A DNA stretch of 61,374 nt. It comes from a virus. Positions 18,966 through 27,940 of this stretch are shown one piece after another. The translations under genes and the position numbers were made by a program. How positions within the stretch are numbered: the first letter of the stretch is position 1; every line of letters starts with the position of its first letter. A model generated the notes under the pieces. That model was not told the origin of the DNA. It did not search any database and saw only the letters and a program-made list of their open reading frames with translations. The DNA is taken from the IMG/VR virus record IMGVR_UViG_3300029996_000082; one strand, given 5' to 3'.

Positions 18966-19847
18966 TTGGATATTAAATGTAAAAATCAATATGAGGGTAA
19001 TGGATTTGTTATTTACAATGGTGATAGTTGCGAGATTATGAAATCCATTCCTGATAGCAGTATTCATTATTCTATTTTTAGTCCCCCTTTCGCACAGTTG
19101 TATGTATATAGTAATAGTGTGAGAGATTTAGGTAATTGCAGGAATACAACAGAATTTTATACACAATTTAGTTATATTATTAAAGAATTGTATAGAATTT
19201 TAATTCCAGGAAGATTAGTGTCATTTCACTGTATGGATTTACCTACTCAAAAATCAAGAGATGGATTTATTGGACTGAGTGATTTTCCTGGAGAGTTAAT
19301 TAAAATGTTTCAGGAGGCAGGATTTATATATCATTCAAGAGTTACAATATGGAAAGACCCTGTTGTGGCAATGCAGAGAACAAAAGCTCTTGGATTATTG
19401 CATAAGCAGATTAAAAAAGATAGTTCGATGTGCCGTCAGGGTATAGCTGATTATGTAATAACAATGAGAAAACCAGGAGAAAATCCTGAAAAAATTTCTC
19501 ATACAAATGAAACTTTCCCTGTTAGTAAATGGCAGAATTATGCAAGTCCTGTTTGGATGGACATAAATCAATCTAATACGCTACAAAAAGACAGTGCAAG
19601 GGACGATAAAGATGAAAAGCATATTTGCCCATTGCAATTAGATGTAATCGAAAGGTGTGTTGAATTATGGACAAATCCAAATGACATTGTATTTACTCCA
19701 TTTATGGGAATAGGCAGTGAATGCTATCAGTCTTTGAAAATGGGCAGAAGGGCTGTTGGTATAGAGCTAAAAGATAGTTATTTTACACAGGCTGTTAATA
19801 ATTGCATTATTGCAAGTAAGTTTACAGATAAAAAATCTCTGTTTTAA
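18966..19847 (+). CDS. DNA N4/N6 methyltransferase (beta class)
   Basis: TTG 18966 after GAGAGGTG SD (track start 18939 overlaps the helicase); motif IV SPPF precedes motif I FTPFMGIGSE. Confidence 0.9.
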   Translation: MDIKCKNQYEGNGFVIYNGDSCEIMKSIPDSSIHYSIFSPPFAQLYVYSNSVRDLGNCRNTTEFYTQFSYIIKELYRILIPGRLVSFHCMDLPTQKSRDGFIGLSDFPGELIKMFQEAGFIYHSRVTIWKDPVVAMQRTKALGLLHKQIKKDSSMCRQGIADYVITMRKPGENPEKISHTNETFPVSKWQNYASPVWMDINQSNTLQKDSARDDKDEKHICPLQLDVIERCVELWTNPNDIVFTPFMGIGSECYQSLKMGRRAVGIELKDSYFTQAVNNCIIASKFTDKKSLF

Positions 19848-19903
19848 TTAACTTTAGGAGGTGAATTAAAATAAAAAAGTCAATTAGAGTAAAATCTAAT
19901 TAT

Positions 19904-20845
19904 GTGTTAATGTCAAGTGACTTCTCACAGCAGGAGCCTAAGACATTGGCGGCTATGTGTGCAAAAGCAGGAGATAGTCAGCTTTTAGATACATTTTTAG
20001 CAGGCAAGGATTTATATTCCGAGATTGCAAGTAAATCTTTTAATGTTCCTTATGAGGACTGTAGAGAGTTCAGACCTGACGGCACAGTAAATCCTGAGGG
20101 TAAAGAACGCAGAACACAAGCTAAAAGTATTTTACTTGGTATTCTTTACGGTAGAGGAGAAAAGTCAATTGCAGACCAGTTAAAAGTATCTGAGAAAAAA
20201 GCACACGAAATTAAAAGTAGTGTATTTAAAGCATTTCCTGCAATTTCAAAGTTTGAACAGGACAGTAAAGATATGGCTTATGAATTAGGCTATGTAACTA
20301 CTGTATGCGGCAGAAAAAGAAGATTGCCCGATTACAGTTTACCTGAATATGAGTTTAATTATATTAACGGAGTTGCTCCTGATGATGATTTATTAGATTT
20401 TGATGATGAAGAAGAACTAATTACAGAAGTACCCGAAAATATACAAGATTCATATTTAAGACAGCTAAATAGAGCATATTCTTATAAAGCTAAACAAACT
20501 ATTATTGATAAAGCAAAGGAAAATGGAATTACAATAACTTGTAATTCTTTAAAAATCGCAGATGCTGAAAGGCAATGTGTTAATGCTCGTATTCAGGGTG
20601 GGGCGGCTGACCTCACAAAGTTAGCTTTGATTGATTTAACTCATAATGAAGAGTTAAAATCTTTAGGCTTTAGACTTTTAATCCCTGTACACGATGAGGT
20701 TATTGCTGAATGTCCCGAAGAAAATGCTAAAGTATGTGCTGAATTGTTAGCTAAAACAATGTCAGGGGCGGCTGAAAAGATATTAAAAATGCCAATTAAA
20801 TGTGATGTTGAAGTTACAAAGTGTTGGTATGAAAGTTTTAATTAA
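19904..20845 (+). CDS. polA: DNA polymerase I (family A), C-terminal fragment (motifs A, B, C)
   Basis: SSDFSQQEPK (motif A), RRTQAKSILLGILYG (motif B), LIPVHDEV (motif C); frame is open upstream to 19865 and a strong SD lies at 19856-19863. Confidence 0.9.
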   Translation: MLMSSDFSQQEPKTLAAMCAKAGDSQLLDTFLAGKDLYSEIASKSFNVPYEDCREFRPDGTVNPEGKERRTQAKSILLGILYGRGEKSIADQLKVSEKKAHEIKSSVFKAFPAISKFEQDSKDMAYELGYVTTVCGRKRRLPDYSLPEYEFNYINGVAPDDDLLDFDDEEELITEVPENIQDSYLRQLNRAYSYKAKQTIIDKAKENGITITCNSLKIADAERQCVNARIQGGAADLTKLALIDLTHNEELKSLGFRLLIPVHDEVIAECPEENAKVCAELLAKTMSGAAEKILKMPIKCDVEVTKCWYESFN

Positions 20846-20867
20846 ATTAGAATCGAGGTGTAAAATA

Positions 20868-22028
20868 TTGTCTGAGTTACAAGAAGAAACTTATAGTAGC
20901 CCTATAAATTTGACACAGCAGTTTAAGTTTTGTGGTAATGCTTTTAGGGTGGATTTATACAAAGGGTGTGATTTTGGCTGTAAATATTGTTTTGCCAACA
21001 GTAATACATCTAAAGGTCATAATACAGGATTTGGTTTAGCACAGTTTTCGCAGATTGAACGCTATTTTAAACGAGCATTTGATGATAATGAATTAAATAC
21101 TAAATCTTTAACTGTAGAATTGTTACAGCATAGAGTACCTTTGCATTGTGGGGGTATGTCTGACCCTTTTCAAAAAAAAGAATTTGAATATGGTTACACT
21201 AAAAAACTTATTGAATTATCTAATAAATATAATTATCCTATAATGTTTAGCACAAAGACAGCACATTTACCAAAAGAATATTTAGATATACTTAATCCTA
21301 ATATTCACGCTTTCCAAAGTAGCATTATGGGATGGACACCTGATTTTATTAGAAAATATGAAGGGAATACTCCAACTGCTCAAGACCGTTTAAATTTTGT
21401 TTCATTATTGCGTGAAAGGGGATTTTGGTGTAGCATTAGGATACAGCCTGTTGTGAATTTATCAGAAGCACTATTGTTAGTAGATAATGCTAAATCAATT
21501 CCGAGTTATTATACTGTAGAACATTTAAAAATTCCGAGAGATAATATAAAAGTGCAAAAGTTATTTAAGAGTGAATACGCTAATTTTAAATGGGTATATA
21601 GTAAAAATAATTTTCGTAATATTGAAATTGTAACTTATATTAAAAGAAACAATATAGATGTAATTAAATCTCATGCAAATGCTTTTGGTATAAAAGTTGG
21701 AGTAGGGGATAATGATTTACATTTTCTTTCGCAGTCTAATTGTTGTTGTGGTATTGATACTATCGGTGATAGTTTTAATAATTATTTGAAATATAACTCG
21801 ACTTATTTTTCAACAGCTCAAAATATTGATATAGATAATTTATGGTTTCCAAAATGTAATTGCCGTAACATTTTTTACAGTTCGTCTCTTGCAAATAAAG
21901 ATAAGTATGTAAACTTTAATGAAGAAGTTCACACTTATATGAATAAATACCCTGAATTATTACCTACAAATAAGTATGATGAGATTTCAAGGATTACAGG
22001 TATTAAATTTAAAAAGAAATTATTTTAA
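20868..22028 (+). CDS. radical SAM protein, SplB / DNA-repair-photolyase-like
   Basis: TTG 20868 after GAGGTG SD; CDFGCKYC (Cx3Cx2C) in a DLYKGC...YCFAN context. Confidence 0.75.
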   Translation: MSELQEETYSSPINLTQQFKFCGNAFRVDLYKGCDFGCKYCFANSNTSKGHNTGFGLAQFSQIERYFKRAFDDNELNTKSLTVELLQHRVPLHCGGMSDPFQKKEFEYGYTKKLIELSNKYNYPIMFSTKTAHLPKEYLDILNPNIHAFQSSIMGWTPDFIRKYEGNTPTAQDRLNFVSLLRERGFWCSIRIQPVVNLSEALLLVDNAKSIPSYYTVEHLKIPRDNIKVQKLFKSEYANFKWVYSKNNFRNIEIVTYIKRNNIDVIKSHANAFGIKVGVGDNDLHFLSQSNCCCGIDTIGDSFNNYLKYNSTYFSTAQNIDIDNLWFPKCNCRNIFYSSSLANKDKYVNFNEEVHTYMNKYPELLPTNKYDEISRITGIKFKKKLF

Positions 22029-22042
22029 GGAGGATATTAAAA

Positions 22043-23140
22043 ATGTCAAAATTAGTAATTAAAACAGATAAGCTCAAAGAAATGGTATCAAGAGCGGTAA
22101 AAGGAGCCTCAAATAATAAACTTTTACCCATTACAGAGTTAATGTGTATTGAAGTTAAGGATAATAAGCTCACTCTGCTTACAACAGATTATACAAATTA
22201 TTTGTACATTACAGAAAAAGTTGAAAATGAAGATTTTTATGTAGTTACAAGAGTTGACCAGTTTTCAAAACTTATCGGCAAAATGACAAGCGAAAATGTA
22301 ACACTTGAAATTGTAGATGATAAGCTCTGCATTACAGGTAATGGTAAATACTCAATTGAGTTGCCTATTGATGTTGACGGCGAAATGGTAAAATACCCTA
22401 ATCCTATGTCAGAGATTGTACTTGATGATAATGAAAGTAAAATTCTCAATTTAAGTACAGCGAAATTGATTTTGACTGTAAATAAAGCGGCTTTGGCTAC
22501 TTCAATGGAAGTTCCCTGCTATACAGGCTATTATACAGCAGATAAAGTAGTTACCACTGATACTTATAAAATTTGTTCTACAAATATTAATGTACTTGAT
22601 ACAGCTACTCTTATCTCTCCTGAGATGATGAATCTTATGGATACAATGACTTCTGAAAAAATTGAAGTTTATCGTAAAGATAATAACCTTATTTGTGTTT
22701 CACCTGATTGTTGTATTTTCGGTGCTGTACTTGAGGGTATTGAAGATTTTGCAATCGAGGCTATTACTTCGCTTGTTGAGCAGGAGTTTAATAGTATGTG
22801 TAAAATTCCGAAAAGTGCAATTTTAGGTGTACTTGAAAGAATCAATCTTTTTGTTGGTACATATGATAATAGCGAAATTTATATGACTTTCACTACTGAC
22901 GGACTTATGTGTTCAAGTAAAAGTTCAAGCGGTACAGAGGTAATTCCTTATGCTGATAGTAAAGATTTCACATATTTTACTTGTGCTATTGATATCAATA
23001 TGCTTATTTCGCAGATTAAAGCTAATGCAAGTGATATGATTGAGCTGTGGTATGGTGCAGATAATGCGATTAAAATTACAGACGGTAATGTTACACAGAT
23101 TATTGCTCTTGCAGAAGATGACAGAGTTAATGCTGAATAA
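22043..23140 (+). CDS. dnaN: DNA polymerase III beta sliding clamp
   Basis: 365 aa; DnaN-like N-terminus (KLKEMVSRAVKGASNNKLLPITELMCIEVKDNKLTLLTTD); clamp-loader genes are present elsewhere. Confidence 0.7.
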   Translation: MSKLVIKTDKLKEMVSRAVKGASNNKLLPITELMCIEVKDNKLTLLTTDYTNYLYITEKVENEDFYVVTRVDQFSKLIGKMTSENVTLEIVDDKLCITGNGKYSIELPIDVDGEMVKYPNPMSEIVLDDNESKILNLSTAKLILTVNKAALATSMEVPCYTGYYTADKVVTTDTYKICSTNINVLDTATLISPEMMNLMDTMTSEKIEVYRKDNNLICVSPDCCIFGAVLEGIEDFAIEAITSLVEQEFNSMCKIPKSAILGVLERINLFVGTYDNSEIYMTFTTDGLMCSSKSSSGTEVIPYADSKDFTYFTCAIDINMLISQIKANASDMIELWYGADNAIKITDGNVTQIIALAEDDRVNAE

Positions 23141-23150
23141 GTAATATAAA

Positions 23151-23183
23151 AAATCCGCTCAACTAATCTTGGGCGGATTTTTG
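23151..23183 (+). terminator. intrinsic terminator
   Basis: AATCCGC/GCGGATT stem followed by T5, after dnaN. Confidence 0.75.
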
Positions 23184-23202
23184 ATAAACTTTGAAAAAAG
23201 TC

Positions 23203-23231
23203 TTGACAAGTTGTATTAAATATGTTATATT
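23203..23231 (+). promoter_or_regulatory. sigma-A promoter
   Basis: AAAAAGTCTTGACA-17-TATATT. Confidence 0.7.
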
Positions 23232-23270
23232 ATATTTACACTAAACAAGTTAATCAAGGAGGAAAAGCAA

Positions 23271-23468
23271 ATGATTAAAATTATTTTTAGAAAAGGCAGA
23301 CCCGAAGTCAGGTTTAGTAGAGGTAGTTCTGTAAGTACACAGGATATTGTGAATGCAATTGCTCTGTTGAGTAATTATGTGCCAAATGATACTAAAGTTA
23401 CGGTATATAATTCAAGAATTGATATTCCGCTTGATATGGAGGATACAAATGGCAAGAAAAAGTCTTAA
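23271..23468 (+). CDS. hypothetical protein
   Basis: AAGGAGG SD behind a consensus promoter. Confidence 0.5.
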   Translation: MIKIIFRKGRPEVRFSRGSSVSTQDIVNAIALLSNYVPNDTKVTVYNSRIDIPLDMEDTNGKKKS

Positions 23469-24240
23469 AAATGTATGTAGGCTTATAGAATGTGCTAATC
23501 AAAATCAGCCTATTGAAAAGTTATTTGTAAACGATTTAAAGCGTTCTATTGAATTAACTGCTGATAATAATAGTTATAAGCCCTCTCAAACATATAAGCC
23601 GTCAGGACTGCATTGTATTAGGAATATGTATTATCAGATTACAGGAAAAGAACCTGATACATCAAGTTCAAGTGCCTGTCTTGTGGGTATTTGTGAATCA
23701 GGTACAGACAGACACGAGAGAGTTCAAAATGCAGTCGCTCAGATGAAAGACAATGGAATTGACTGCGAGTATGTGGATGTTGCTGAATATGTAAAATCAA
23801 GAAATCTTGATTATTTAGAGGTAAAATCTAAAAGAGGCAATGAAACACACTTATATTATAAAGATTTGAATATGAGTTTTCTTTGTGACGGCATTATTCG
23901 TTATAAGGGTAAATACTATATTCTTGAAATTAAAACTGAAAGCATTTATAAGTGGCAGTCAAGACAGAATGTAAATCCTGACCATATTTTACAGGGTACA
24001 GCTTATTCAACAGCGTTAAAAATTGATAATGTATTGTTTTTATATATTAACAGGGATAATTGTGATATGAAAGCATATATGTTAGATGTTTCTGATGAAA
24101 TGAAGAATAATCTGATTGCTCGCATTAACGAATGTGACAGCTACGCTTCAAGATTTATTTGTCCTCCTAAACCTGATGATGTAAGTAAAAAGGCTTGTGA
24201 ATATTGCAATTATAGAAAATCTTGTAGAGAGGATAATTAG
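23449..24240 (+). CDS. Cas4/RecB-like PD-(D/E)XK exonuclease with Fe-S cysteine cluster
   Basis: GGAGGA SD before ATG 23449; DGI...YILEIKT, QGTAY, C-terminal CEYCNYRKSC plus an N-terminal Cys. Confidence 0.7.
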   Translation: MARKSLKNVCRLIECANQNQPIEKLFVNDLKRSIELTADNNSYKPSQTYKPSGLHCIRNMYYQITGKEPDTSSSSACLVGICESGTDRHERVQNAVAQMKDNGIDCEYVDVAEYVKSRNLDYLEVKSKRGNETHLYYKDLNMSFLCDGIIRYKGKYYILEIKTESIYKWQSRQNVNPDHILQGTAYSTALKIDNVLFLYINRDNCDMKAYMLDVSDEMKNNLIARINECDSYASRFICPPKPDDVSKKACEYCNYRKSCREDN

Positions 24241-24242
24241 AT

Positions 24243-24425
24243 ATGGATAATCCGTGTTATGGTTGTAAGGATAGGCATTTAAGATGCCATAATGATTGCA
24301 GTAAATTTTCTGACTGGAAACAGAGCTGTGAGATAGTTAAAAAGAATAGATGTGAATATTATGCAATGCACGATTATGAAATAGAGAGGTCAAAAAGAAT
24401 TAAAATGAGAAGGAGTAGGAAGTGA
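24243..24425 (+). CDS. small Cys/His-rich (zinc-binding) protein
   Basis: CYGCKDRHLRCHNDC pattern. Confidence 0.45.
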   Translation: MDNPCYGCKDRHLRCHNDCSKFSDWKQSCEIVKKNRCEYYAMHDYEIERSKRIKMRRSRK

Positions 24426-24429
24426 TACA

Positions 24430-24909
24430 ATGGGTATAAATCGTGGAAAACAATTTGAACAGCAGATTAGAAGCAGTTTTGAAAATTGTAAATATTCAGA
24501 TATTATTTCAATTGACCGATTGCCTGACCCTATGGGTGGATATAAAGGTATTGGTAATATTTGTGATTTTATGGTTTTTGATACTCCACATTTATATTAT
24601 CTTGAATGTAAGTGTTGTTATGGTAAAAGTTTTCCTATATCATATATTACAAAAAATCAATGGGAAGGGTTGCTTGAAAAATCCAAAATACCGTCTGTAA
24701 TTGCGGGTTACATTATTTGGCTTATAGATTATGATTTTACTTTTTTTGTTTATGCAAGTAATTTATCTGCCTATATTGAAAGAACAGGCAGAAAAAGTAT
24801 AAGTGCTGACGATGCCATTAGCGGTAAATTGATTCGGTATCCTATTAATGGCAAAAAACGAAAAGTTTTATTTGATTATGATATGGCTGAGTTTTTAGAT
24901 ATTTTTTAA
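24430..24909 (+). CDS. recU: RecU-like Holliday junction resolvase
   Basis: GNICDFMVF...YYLECK PD-(D/E)XK core in RecU-like spacing. Confidence 0.6.
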   Translation: MGINRGKQFEQQIRSSFENCKYSDIISIDRLPDPMGGYKGIGNICDFMVFDTPHLYYLECKCCYGKSFPISYITKNQWEGLLEKSKIPSVIAGYIIWLIDYDFTFFVYASNLSAYIERTGRKSISADDAISGKLIRYPINGKKRKVLFDYDMAEFLDIF

Positions 24910-24941
24910 TTTACAGCGGTTGGATTGGAGGAATACTACTA

Positions 24942-25463
24942 ATGATATTTAAGATTACAAAAAAAGAAGAGCTTGATAAAGCTCAGGATAAAGTAGATAC
25001 TAATAGTAAATTAGTAGCTGAAATTGTAGAAAGTATCATTAAACCTTATTGTAAAGACCTTGATAATTATGTAGAGTTTATCAGAGAGTGCTTAAAAGAC
25101 GGTGAGCATCCTGTAACAGATTCTGAGCTTGATGATTTTTGTCTTAATTTGGCAACATACATTTATTTTGCAGGCGGTATGTGCGAATATATCGGCATTA
25201 AAGACGATATAAGTAAAGCTCTTTATAAGGAGCAATTTAACTTAGCAAGGTCGCAAGAAAAGGGTACAATTGCTGATAAAGATAGTGCCGCTGAATTGTT
25301 AGCCCAAAAAGAGCAGATTGTTAATATTTGCTATAATAGAGCATTTAAACTGTTGAAATCTAAAGTTGAAAATGCACAAGAATTATTAGCTTCGTGTAAA
25401 AAGGTAGTTTCACGAAGAATGCAGGAATATGCTTTAACTAATTTAGGTGGTGCTGAACAATGA
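24942..25463 (+). CDS. hypothetical helical protein
   Basis: GGAGGA SD; 173-aa ORF. Confidence 0.55.
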   Translation: MIFKITKKEELDKAQDKVDTNSKLVAEIVESIIKPYCKDLDNYVEFIRECLKDGEHPVTDSELDDFCLNLATYIYFAGGMCEYIGIKDDISKALYKEQFNLARSQEKGTIADKDSAAELLAQKEQIVNICYNRAFKLLKSKVENAQELLASCKKVVSRRMQEYALTNLGGAEQ

Positions 25464-25654
25464 CTTGTCCTGAGCATAAGGTTAAACTAAAGGTAATGGA
25501 TAGTTGCGGTAAAAATAAATTTACATACAGACGATTAAAATGTCCTATATGTAAAAAATTATTTTACTCTAAAGAAGAATTTGTTTCTGATGATATCGGA
25601 AAACAATCTTTAAATATTCTAAAAAATTTACAAAGGAGAAATGTAAAATGTTAA
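25460..25654 (+). CDS. zinc-ribbon protein
   Basis: CPEH...CPIC pairs; ATGA overlap with the upstream gene. Confidence 0.5.
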   Translation: MTCPEHKVKLKVMDSCGKNKFTYRRLKCPICKKLFYSKEEFVSDDIGKQSLNILKNLQRRNVKC

Positions 25655-26214
25655 AAAGTGTAAGTACAGACGGAAATTTTAAAGTGGGAGATTTGATTAG
25701 AATTACTGAATACTCTGTAAATCCTACAGTATGTAATCATATAGGTCAGATTATTGATATTGAAATAAGTAGTAGTCCGTTTATGGTAAGATATACTGTA
25801 GATTTTAGTTTATCTCGTAAAATAAATGAAATTGAGGGATTGTACAGTACAGATAAAAGAATTACTCCTACTTGTATTTATATCAATCCTAATGCAAATG
25901 CAATTTTAAAAATTGATAAAATTGATAAAATAAACGGAATTATAGCTTCAAGTGTAGAAACTGACTATTTTAAATCCTCAGTTGCACAGGTTAATAATGA
26001 TTACTTTAAGGAAAGAGTAAGGTCATTGAGGTTATCGGCAGAAAAACTTGAAAATAAACAGGCGATTATTATTGAACAGAGGGATAACGGAGAAATTGAG
26101 GCTTTGAAATTCAATGGAAAAGGACTTGTAGCTGTAGCAACCGCTAAATGTAGTCCTAAAGATGATTTTAATTTTATGTTAGGTGCAAATATTGCACTTA
26201 ATAGACTTGTATAA
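25648..26214 (+). CDS. hypothetical protein
   Basis: 188-aa ORF; C-terminal ATAKCSPKDDFNFMLGANIALNRL motif of unknown function. Confidence 0.55.
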   Translation: MLKSVSTDGNFKVGDLIRITEYSVNPTVCNHIGQIIDIEISSSPFMVRYTVDFSLSRKINEIEGLYSTDKRITPTCIYINPNANAILKIDKIDKINGIIASSVETDYFKSSVAQVNNDYFKERVRSLRLSAEKLENKQAIIIEQRDNGEIEALKFNGKGLVAVATAKCSPKDDFNFMLGANIALNRLV

Positions 26215-26231
26215 AAGGAGATTAAGGTAAA

Positions 26232-26483
26232 ATGCAGGAAATGGTAAATCACCCTAAACATTACAATAAAGAGGGTAGAAAAGAATGTATTGTGGAAATG
26301 GAGGAAAAATATGGTACAGAAGCAGTAATTCATTTCTGTATGCTGTCCGCATATAAATACGAATACCGAGCAGGACTTAAAAACGCAGATACCGTAGATG
26401 AAGATTTAAAAAAAGCTGTATGGTATAGAAATTATGCTACGCAGTTAATGAAAAAGGAAATGGAGATGTGTAAAAATGATTGA
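26232..26483 (+). CDS. DUF3310-like protein
   Basis: HPKHY signature near the N-terminus. Confidence 0.65.
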   Translation: MQEMVNHPKHYNKEGRKECIVEMEEKYGTEAVIHFCMLSAYKYEYRAGLKNADTVDEDLKKAVWYRNYATQLMKKEMEMCKND

Positions 26484-27147
26484 AATTACAAATATTATAG
26501 CTCCTTCGCCCGAACAAATTAAGGCAACTATTATGGGTATGAGAAATCCTAAAAATAGTTGGGATAGGTCAGATACCGTTGTGAGTGATGACGGTCAAAA
26601 CATTGTAATAGGTAAAAATGATGCAAAGTTAATGGATACACTTGTTGCAGGAGGTCCAGTACACGCAAAATTCAGAAGAATGTTAAATGTAATTATGGAT
26701 ATAAATGCACCTCTATATTTTTGGAAAGAGCTAGATACTTACAAAATAGGTACAGTCAGAAATTCTTGTTCCACAATGCATAAGATTCACGCAAAAGAAT
26801 TTAAAATGGAGGATTTCAGTTGTGAGCATTTGATGAGGGAGGAGTCACTTGCATTTCCTCTCGGCGGAGGATGGAGAGGTCTTGATGCTATTGAAGTTCT
26901 CGAATGCACTATCGAAGCGCTGAATAATGCTAGAACGAGGTATCTCAAAACTAAAGATAAAAAATATTGGTGGCAGATGATTCAGCTTTTGCCGAGTAGT
27001 TATAATCAAAAATCAACTGTAAGTATTACATATGAGGCTTTAGCTAATATGTATAAATGGAGAAATAATCATAAGTTAGATGAATGGAGAGTATTCTGTG
27101 AAAAGCTCAAAGAATTACCTCTCAGCAGTTTAATAACAAGGAGTTAG
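26476..27147 (+). CDS. ThyX-like (flavin-dependent thymidylate synthase-like) protein; tentative
   Basis: APLYFWKELDTYKIGTVRNSCSTMH resembles divergent phage ThyX-like proteins; the canonical RHRxxSxxxxSxR motif is not seen. Confidence 0.4.
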   Translation: MIEITNIIAPSPEQIKATIMGMRNPKNSWDRSDTVVSDDGQNIVIGKNDAKLMDTLVAGGPVHAKFRRMLNVIMDINAPLYFWKELDTYKIGTVRNSCSTMHKIHAKEFKMEDFSCEHLMREESLAFPLGGGWRGLDAIEVLECTIEALNNARTRYLKTKDKKYWWQMIQLLPSSYNQKSTVSITYEALANMYKWRNNHKLDEWRVFCEKLKELPLSSLITRS

Positions 27148-27152
27148 TATTT

Positions 27153-27347
27153 ATGACACAGTTAATTTATGTTATTTTGTATTTAATTACACTTGTTTTA
27201 TTAGCATTTGAGTTTATTTTCAGTAGAATGAAACCTACTAAAAGATTTGCTACTAATACAGTGCATTTTTGGAAATGTTTTAGTTTAATAATTATTGCAG
27301 TTTATATTTGGGCAATATTTTTTTGTAGGTCATTTGGAGGTGTCTAA
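27153..27347 (+). CDS. small two-TM membrane protein
   Basis: two hydrophobic helices. Confidence 0.5.
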   Translation: MTQLIYVILYLITLVLLAFEFIFSRMKPTKRFATNTVHFWKCFSLIIIAVYIWAIFFCRSFGGV

Positions 27348-27940
27348 TGTTAAATTCAGAAATTTTTTCAAAAGAGCTAAATTATATCAATAATGAAATA
27401 TTTAGAAAGATAATTGCTACATTCTTGGACACAGTTCCTGATTATTTCCAGGATGTGCCTGCGAGTAGTTCGGGAAAATATCATCCCTTTTATGCTTTAG
27501 GTCGAGGAGGATTAGTTCGTCATACAAAAGCGGCAGTTAAGATTGCAGAAGATTTATTGTCTTTGGATTATAATAAGAATATATTTCCTCAGTTTTATCA
27601 GGATATTATAATTTCTTCACTTATTATCCACGATTGCTATAAACAGGGTACAGATAATAGTGGAAGTGGGCATACCGAAGTATTACACCCTGAAATTTGT
27701 GCCAACAAATTTTGGGAGTATGTTAATAGGTATATAGTTGATTTATCCATTTCAAGTGTACATCGAACTGAATTAAATAAATTTAAAAATGAAGTAATTG
27801 CCTGTGTAAAATCTCATATGGGGCAATGGAATGCGGACGGTAAATTACTTACTCCTAATGATTACATAACTTATTTCGTACATATGTGCGATTATTTGGC
27901 AAGTCGAAAATATTTAATTGTAGATGTGGAGGCTGAATAA
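27347..27940 (+). CDS. HD-domain phosphohydrolase
   Basis: GKYHP...VRHTKA...IIHDCYK (H...HD) motifs. Confidence 0.75.
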   Translation: MLNSEIFSKELNYINNEIFRKIIATFLDTVPDYFQDVPASSSGKYHPFYALGRGGLVRHTKAAVKIAEDLLSLDYNKNIFPQFYQDIIISSLIIHDCYKQGTDNSGSGHTEVLHPEICANKFWEYVNRYIVDLSISSVHRTELNKFKNEVIACVKSHMGQWNADGKLLTPNDYITYFVHMCDYLASRKYLIVDVEAE

